Source of the DNA: Chrysomallon squamiferum
Taxonomy: Eukaryota; Animalia; Mollusca
Direction: 5' to 3'
Assembly (NCBI GenBank): GCA_012295275.1
Contig: CM022678.1
Span: 16,678,001-16,742,000, forward strand
DNA: 64,000 nucleotides
The first letter of the stretch is position 1. Each line of letters opens with the position of its first letter. A program made the position numbers and the translations under genes. Shown piece after piece: positions 58,467-64,000 of this stretch. Under the pieces are notes generated by a model. That model saw only the letters and a list, made by a program, of their open reading frames with translations. It did no database searches and had not been told where the DNA came from.

Positions 58467-58945
58467 GTGTGCCTGCGTAGACAAGCATTTCTTTTTTTTA
58501 ACATTGTAACAGCAGAGAAGAATCCTGTGAAACTACTTCTTTAGTCAGCAGATAACACAAAAATTAATATAGTAGAAACTCATTATACCCAGACATTGTG
58601 CTGATCAAAAAACCTTAACATACAGAGAAATAAATACATGTTTTACTTTAATTTAATTTAATTTATTTAATTTATTTTAATTTTCATATTTCATTTTTTC
58701 ATTTTATTTCATTTTATTTTTCCTTTCATTCAATTTCTTTTCATTTATTAATTTTATTATTTTATTTTATTTTGTTTTATTTTTTATTTTAATTGAATGT
58801 TATTTTATTTATTTACTGAATTGCACTAATTTCTGAACATTCTTAAAAACAATATTCATTCAGAAAAACGAAAAAAAGACATATATTTATAATTAGATTT
58901 AAGAATGATATACTTATCTTAGGTGATAAAGAGATTATAGGTCTC

Positions 58946-59785
58946 GCACAAGTGGCCCACTCTTTCTTAGTAATAATGCCAACTGAGCACGATTCTGTGG
59001 CTGTGGTTGATGCTGCCTCAGTCATCTATCCAACTCATCCCATAAATGCTCTGTGGGGTTCAAATCAGGAGATTTAGAGGGCCAGGACAGGCCTTGAATG
59101 TTACTGTTGTGAAGATACGTTTTTGTGAGTCTAGCTGTGTGTGGTCTCGCATTGTCATGCTCGAATACAGCATTACCAATATTCATAACCTGAGCGACAT
59201 GTGGCTCCAAAATATCATTTCGGTATTTCTTTGCCGTTAAATTGTCTTGGATGTGAACCAGGTTGGTGCTGCCAGTGTATGAGATTGCTTCCAACACCAT
59301 CACACTACCACCGCCAAATATGTCTGCTTCCTGTATGCAGTTGGCAGCAGAACGTTCACCACGACGTCTGTAAACTCGACATCTTCCATCAACCCGACGA
59401 AGCTGAAATCGAGCCTGCTCACTAAAGCAGACAGTTTTCCATCGTAACTGAGGCCAGACTCTGTGCAGTTGACACCACTGACGTCGTAGTGGACGATGTT
59501 GTTGAGTCACAACCACTCTTCTTACAGGCCGTCTGGCTTGAATACCTGCCTCGCGTAAACGATTGCGCACTGTCTGAGCCGATAGTCTACGCAGACCTGG
59601 AATTGCTGAAGCAGTAGAGGTTGCCGTGGTGGTTCTTTCCCGTAGATGAAGTACCCGTATCCTGGGCCCTGGTGGTTACACGTGGTCTACCTGATCTGGG
59701 ACGGTCACGTGTTGTTTGGTGTTGCTGGAACCGATACCACAATCTTTACATGGTGCTTGGGGGGGAACACCCGGGCTACGGCCGA
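58946..59785 (-). mobile_element. Tc1/mariner (DD34E) transposase remnant
   Basis: ORF 59022-59570 has VCFSEQARF, FGGGSVMV, FEHDNARPH and WPSKSPDLNPTEHLWDELDR. Reading continues past TGA as LRQHQPQPQNRAQL...EW, and frameshifted HTH fragments lie upstream. Confidence 0.9.
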
Positions 59786-60177
59786 GAAGGACATTAAATT
59801 GTAAATTTGCTTGTTAAGTATAACTAAATTATAATAATAATAACAATATTAATAAATAAATAAATAAAATTTGTACACTGAATTCTGCTGTAATGACAGT
59901 AAATATTAAAATTTCTAATTACCTATTTGTCCATTATTTATTAAATGTCATCATAAAACATATGGGATTTGAATGTAAGATAATTTACCTGGGAATGCAC
60001 ACCGAAAGAGAGAAAGAAAGAGACATTTAGAAAGAATAGACTGACACACACACACACATTCACACACACACCATTCATATACAATTTGCAATGAATTCAT
60101 AATTCAAATAGCTATATAAATAATGATATATAGACACCTCCACAGGCAGATAACAATAAGAAGAAAATATGGCAGTC

Positions 60178-60270
<93 letters not shown>

Positions 60271-60789
60271 ATGGATGATAATAAGAATGGTACAACAACA
60301 ACAACAACAACAACGGTGTCTGTTTTTGTAAAATAATTATTTGATGAAAAGGAACCACAAACTTTAAGTAAAACTATCTTAACAGTGAACTAAGTTCAGG
60401 TTACTTCCCTTACATCATATACACGTACGTGACAAAAAAAATCATATTAATAAAAAAATATACCTTAAAAAATTAGTGTTCGTTTTTACACAGATTAAAG
60501 AAACGATGATACTACTATTATTATCATCACATGTTCTACTACTACTGCTGCCACTGCTACTACTACTACTACTAGCAGTAATTCTACTACTACTACCAAT
60601 AATAAGAACAATAGTAATGAAAATGAAAAAAAAAAAATGTGTCCACAAAATTCTTCTCTAATGACAGTAAATAAAAAAAAGAACATTTAGAAATTTAGAA
60701 ATTAACAATTTATCCGAAAGTACAGGTTGAAATGGACTATTTAACAAACATCTTCATAAAACATGATGGGCTTTGAATGAGAGATAATT

Positions 60790-61270
60790 TCCTTGAGAAT
60801 GAACAGGAGAATAGAGAAACAGAGAGAGATACGTTTGGAAAGAAGAGAACGACTGAGAATGAGCAGGGAAAGAGAGACATTTAGAAGTCTTAGAAAGACT
60901 GAGAATGGACAGGCAAAAAACGAAAAAGAGACATTTAGAAAGCACAGAAAGACTGAGAATGGACAGAGAAAACGTGAAACAGAGAAACAGAGACATTTAG
61001 AAAGCACAGAAAGACTCAGAATGAACAGGGAAAAGAGAAACAGAGAAACAGAGACATTTAGAAAGCACAGAAAGACTGAGAATAGACATGGAGAAAGGAC
61101 AGATAGAGACGTGTATAAAGGACGAAAAGACTGAGAATGGACAGGGAAAAAGAGAAAGAGAGAAAAAGAGACATTTAGAAACCACACAGAGACTGAGCTT
61201 GGACAGGGAGAAAGAGAAAGAGAGATACATTTATAAAGGACAGAAAGACTGAGAATGGACAGGGAAAGTG
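60790..61270. repeat. Degenerate purine-rich ~45-60 bp tandem repeat
   Basis: gagacatttagaaagcacagaaagactgagaatggacaggg units; a second block at 62395-62700. Confidence 0.8.
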
Positions 61271-62132
61271 AGAAAAAAAATCGATTGATATTTATCCCAC
61301 CTCAGAAGCATTTTCCAATAGTCAAGATAGTACGTACTTTCACAGACGAATAATTACTGGTTTGGAAAATATCCCATGAACGCACGGAAGAGGATAGATC
61401 CAGTGACCATAGAGACGAGTTTTAAAATGCTTAGGCTAAATAAAACATGTTGGACAGTACTACTGTTCTTATTGCTGTTGCTATTACTACTGCTACTACG
61501 ACTACTACTACGACTACTACTACCACGAATCTCACTGGCAACAATAATGTATTAATAGCGGTGTACTTACTAACATGTTTCCTATCATTATAATGATCAC
61601 ATACTACAACTACTATTAGTACTATTACTACTGCTGTTGCTGTTACTACAACTACTTGTACTACTACAACTAATAGCAGCAGTACAGAAACAGTAATGAT
61701 GTACTGACATGTGTTTAGTCACTAAAACGTTTATTATCACTTACAATAATCATATGCTTATTCCTACTACTACTACAACTAATAGCAATAACAATGATAA
61801 TAAATACAACAATAATAATGTACTGACAGTGGTTTGTTTATTGTAAACTTTATTGTCACTTTTGATAATTATTTGAAGAACAAGAACCACAACCTTTAAG
61901 TAAAAGTATCTTAACAATGAACTGTAGGTTACGTCCCTTACATCATATACATATAGGAGAAAAAAAGAAGATAAAAAAAAAAGAAAAAGAAAATTTCTAT
62001 TCGTCATTTCAGAAATTTAAACTATCAGAAACGATAATACTACTACTACTACTATTGCTACCACATCAGCTACTACTTCTATTACTACTACTGCTGCTGC
62101 TGCTACTACTACTACTACTACTACTTCTGCTG

Positions 62133-62168
<36 letters not shown>

Positions 62169-62186
62169 TTACTACTAATGCTGCTG

Positions 62187-62218
<32 letters not shown>

Positions 62219-63665
62219 GCAACTACTACTGCTACTACTACTACTACCACTAATAATAATAATATTAAATAAATAAATAAATAAATAAAATTGTCTGCTC
62301 TAATTTCTAATTAGCTATTTGTCCGAGTACCGATTTCAGTATTTAAAAAACGTCATCATAAAACATGATGGGTTTGAAATGTGAGATAATTTCTCTGAGA
62401 ATGCACACGGAAAAAGAAAAAGAGATATTTATAAAGCATAGAAAGACTGAGAATCGACAGAGATAGGGAAAGAGGGAAAGAGAGAAACGTTTATAAATAC
62501 AGAAAAACTGAGAATGGTCAGTGAAAGAGAGAGATATTTAGAAAATATAGAAAGGCTGAAAATGGACAGTGAAAGAAAGAAAGTGAGAGACATTCAGAAA
62601 GTATAAAAAACTGAGAATGAACTTCGAAACAAAGAAAGAGAGAGATCATTATAAAGCAGAGAAATAATGAGAAGGTGAGACAGGACAGGGAAAGTGAGAA
62701 ATAAAGATTGTATTAATAAAATTAATTATACATAGCTATCACTAAAACAACGGAAACAGTTTTAAATTAATACATTTGAACTGAAGAGCACACACAATAA
62801 AATAATATAAAATAACAAAATAAAATTGTGATAATAATAATAATTATAGTAATAATAGTAATAATAACAAGAAGAGGAAAAAGAAGAAGAAGAAGAAGAA
62901 GAAGAAGAAGAAGAAAAAGAAGAAGAAGAATAGAGGACGATTATTTTTCTAATTTGCTCTGTGGTGTCAGACTGATTTTTTTAATTATTATATTTTAATT
63001 AAATATATTATTCTTATTTTTATGTTTTTGGTTCCAGAAATGTTCTAATATGTAAATAATTATAAAAAAAAAAAAAAAAAAAAACTATGTAAATAATTTT
63101 CAATAATAAAATCTTAATATATTTTTGTTTATGTAACATCCCATGCATGCATCTATGTATGTCTGTATGTATACAAATAAACACAGTTTCTGTAACAAGC
63201 TGAAAAATTGTCACTTTCACTGTATGATGTGACACAATAGTGACATAACACTATTCATTTTGTAAGTATGTACCTAAGGTTTGAAGTGACAAGAACCAGA
63301 TGTCCATAAAGTAACTTGCAGACGGCTATGAGACTTTGACAAGACTTCTAGTGTTGTGACAAAACAGAATCACGTACGTTGCATATACAAGTTATAACAG
63401 TTTAAATGACAGTCCATTATTCATTTCTCACCATATAGTGACTGATTTGTTATGGTAGAAAAAAAAATATCTCATCAATATGATGTCTCTTTCGGAGTAT
63501 GTATATATTTCGTATCTGCCGCCCACCGAGAAAGAAATACAGATATGTACAAACACAGACTGAGGAACAGAAACAGACACTGACAGGAACGTGAAATAAA
63601 TAAATAATAAAATATATGAAATAATAATAATAAAAAAAAAAAAAATGGAAAACAAATGGAAAAAT

Positions 63666-63778
63666 GTGAGGTTGATATTTTGCCCCCAAGACCTGTCAAG
63701 GGCAATTTACGCAGTTTGTTACGAAACGCACAGTCAAGATTTGAACTCCCAACACTGCGTGCCGTAACACACCACGCT
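63666..63778 (-). mobile_element. Possible tRNA-derived SINE head
   Basis: Pol III B-box-like GGGAGTTCAAATC on the minus strand (63738-63750) in a GC-richer island; A box is weak. Confidence 0.3.
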
Positions 63779-64000
63779 TTTTTTTTTTTTTTTTTTTTTT
63801 TGGAAATCTAGCACTTTATTTCTGATTATACAAGTTTAGTAATTTACACAGAAACATAAACATACACTCCATCCCATTCACCCACACCACCCTCCCAAAC
63901 CCCAAATACAGTAAAATAATTATACCCAGAAAACATCAGAATAAATAAACAAATAATAATAATAATAATAAGAAGAAATAAGTAACACGGCACTTCTAGA

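Noticed and set aside
61301-61435. 135-nt AG...GT-bounded island on the minus strand
   Set aside because: All three frames contain a stop and no protein family is recognisable.
63270-63425. Possible minus-strand first exon (MNNGLSFKLL...)
   Set aside because: Two in-frame stops and no supporting downstream exons.

Overview
AT-rich, microsatellite-laden eukaryotic genomic DNA, probably from a mollusc or other lophotrochozoan (inferred from gene and repeat style), with one 200-N gap. Most of the window (1-58.9 kb) is a head-to-tail, + strand array of four paralogous multi-exon receptor genes, called A-D here. Manual splicing gives this architecture: a 43-nt signal-peptide exon, a 105/108-nt ShK-toxin-like (ShKT, 6-Cys) exon, one ~1.2-kb exon of ~11 MEGF10/Draper-type 6-Cys EGF repeats, a TM exon, a basic stop-transfer exon, an acidic Tyr-rich linker, and a single classical protein tyrosine phosphatase (PTP) domain in 7 exons. 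The leader and ShKT exons are missed by the ORF track. Copy C (29709-41136) is fully open (~947 aa), has a tandemly duplicated ShKT exon, and carries an IA-2/phogrin-like HCSDG P-loop. Copy D has the canonical HCSAG site but two lesions confined to its skippable, phase-symmetric EGF exon. Copies A and B are deleted or frameshifted. Five further leader-exon modules lie between A and B. Mobile DNA includes a hAT/Buster element, a Tigger/pogo derivative, a hAT-type MITE and a Tc1 transposase remnant. A 47-bp VNTR lies downstream of A and C. All gene models were read by eye and have no transcript support.
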